The translations under genes were made by a program, and so were the position numbers. A DNA stretch of 6,403 nt from the IMG/VR virus record IMGVR_UViG_3300020041_000035, positions 1 to 6,403 of that record. The stretch is one strand, 5' to 3'. Source of the stretch: a virus. Positions within the stretch are counted from its first letter, which is position 1. Each line of letters opens with the position of its first letter. Positions 5,763-6,403 of this stretch are shown in pieces. The notes beneath the pieces were generated by a model. The model had not been told where the DNA came from. It saw nothing but the letters and a program-made list of their open reading frames with translations, and ran no database searches.

Positions 5763-5902
5763 TGCCTGCTCCCCCCAGAGGGGCCCCCCATGCGCTGGAC
5801 AGATAGAGGGGACAGGACAGAGGGTGAAGCAGGAGGGCCAAACGGCTAAGGGCCGACTCATCACGAGCCAGCCGATAGCAATTAACCAACAAAACAAACA
5901 CA

Positions 5903-6403
5903 CTACCTACGATAACGTTGACGAGTAGAGGAATAACCTTGATTATCGTCAAATTGCTCTGTCATCGAACGACCTTCACGACGGAAATTACCAAACTTCA
6001 ATAGCGAACCAACAGCGTTAGAAAGACCATCAATAAACTTGCCTGCATTGTTAATACCGCGATCCCAACGTGCTTTAACGGGGTCTTGAAGCCAACGATC
6101 CATCTTACCTGTACGAAAACCAACATCATTAGAAAATTGGGAATAACCACGGTTAAAAGCAGCCTCATTCTCCTTAGCTGTACGAGTAGCGTCGATAACA
6201 GCATCGGCAGTTGAACGAGCGATTTTATTAGAAATATGCTGTCCCTGAGTACGTGCTTCAATCTCCAATCGGGAAGCAATCAAATTCTTTGCCTGTTCCT
6301 CAGAGATCACACCCTCACGAATCATATTCCAATATTGTGCACCATTCATTTGCAACTGTATGCGCTTTTCCTCGGGGAGATACATATTCAAAATCTCCTG
6401 AGC
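5903..6403 (-). CDS. VP2: VP2 pilot protein, C-terminal 3' portion, with stop TAG at 5905..5903. Its upstream end is cut by the window and continues from 685..1.
   Basis: Same reading frame as 1..685 across the circular junction. The track ORF 5903..6391 merely starts at an internal TTG, and codons 6392..6403 remain open. The protein ends ...QGYSSTRQRYRR. Confidence 0.9.
   Translation of the reverse strand, partial: AQEILNMYLPEEKRIQLQMNGAQYWNMIREGVISEEQAKNLIASRLEIEARTQGQHISNKIARSTADAVIDATRTAKENEAAFNRGYSQFSNDVGFRTGKMDRWLQDPVKARWDRGINNAGKFIDGLSNAVGSLLKFGNFRREGRSMTEQFDDNQGYSSTRQRYRR
6283..6403. repeat. Second copy of the terminal redundancy (equals 1..121)
   Basis: Exact identity by direct comparison. 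Confidence 0.97.

Larger units (their letters stand above)
5662..5880. other. GC-rich, structure-dense island of unknown nature. It could be a structured ssDNA or RNA element, or an acquired segment.
   Basis: Hand count over 5661..5880 gives 138 G+C of 220 (63%), against 61 of 200 (31%) for 5461..5660. It contains the hairpins listed here plus long-range complementarity and direct repeats (see findings). Confidence 0.8.
5450..5902. other. The only large non-coding region of the genome (about 450 nt, between the VP2 stop and the VP4 start). It presumably holds the origin(s) of replication and the promoter.
   Basis: Everything else is packed with gaps of 11 nt or less. The region contains a T10/A10 run (5492..5501), (TA)5 (5530..5539), hairpins, and the GC-rich island listed separately. 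Confidence 0.8.

Noticed and set aside
5771-5852. Multiple G-tracts (plus strand) and C-tracts (gene strand), suggesting G-quadruplex or i-motif potential
   Set aside because: The loops between tracts are long (9 to 23 nt). The tracts are better explained by the Watson-Crick helices noted above. This cannot be evaluated without biophysical prediction tools.
5857-5864. GUGAUGAG on the gene-sense strand, resembling the hammerhead ribozyme CUGAUGA core
   Set aside because: The essential first C is a G. There is no GAAA element after a stem II and no plausible cleavage-site helix arrangement.
5657-5890. 6-bp direct repeat ACCAAC (5657..5662 and 5885..5890) flanking the GC island, suggesting a target-site duplication of an inserted mobile element or MITE
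   Set aside because: Six base pairs is within chance expectation. There are no terminal inverted repeats (left end gcttcgctaag versus reverse complement of the right end taattgctatcgg) and no transposase. It is kept only as a note under the island finding.

Overview
The window is a complete, circularly permuted Microviridae (small ssDNA phage) genome. Bases 1..121 are identical to 6283..6403, so the unit length is 6282 nt and the window was linearised inside a gene. All credible genes lie on the window minus strand, which is therefore the mRNA-sense and presumably packaged strand. Gene order on that strand is: replication initiator VP4 (HUH/RCR endonuclease), a 50-aa ORF below the track threshold, a peptidase M15 (PF08291-like) cell-wall hydrolase, a 69-aa ORF, major capsid protein VP1, a 172-aa scaffold-position protein with a 9-bp tandem repeat, and pilot protein VP2, which is split by the linearisation point. 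Genes are tightly packed, with ATGA and TGATG stop/start overlaps. None has a Shine-Dalgarno sequence, which together with the VP1 and VP4 sizes suggests an Alpavirinae-like, Bacteroidetes-associated microvirus. That host and subfamily assignment is inference. The one large non-coding region (5450..5902) is the most interesting part. Its VP4-proximal half is very AT-rich and carries an A10 run, (TA)5 and a 7-bp hairpin abutting a GCGAAGC mini-hairpin. Its VP2-proximal half is a ~220-nt island of about 63% G+C by hand count, against about 31% next to it and roughly 40% in the genes. The island is dense in hairpins, long-range complementarity and short direct repeats. I could not match it to any RNA or element class I know. 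No tRNA, rRNA, CRISPR array, transposase or integrase was seen.
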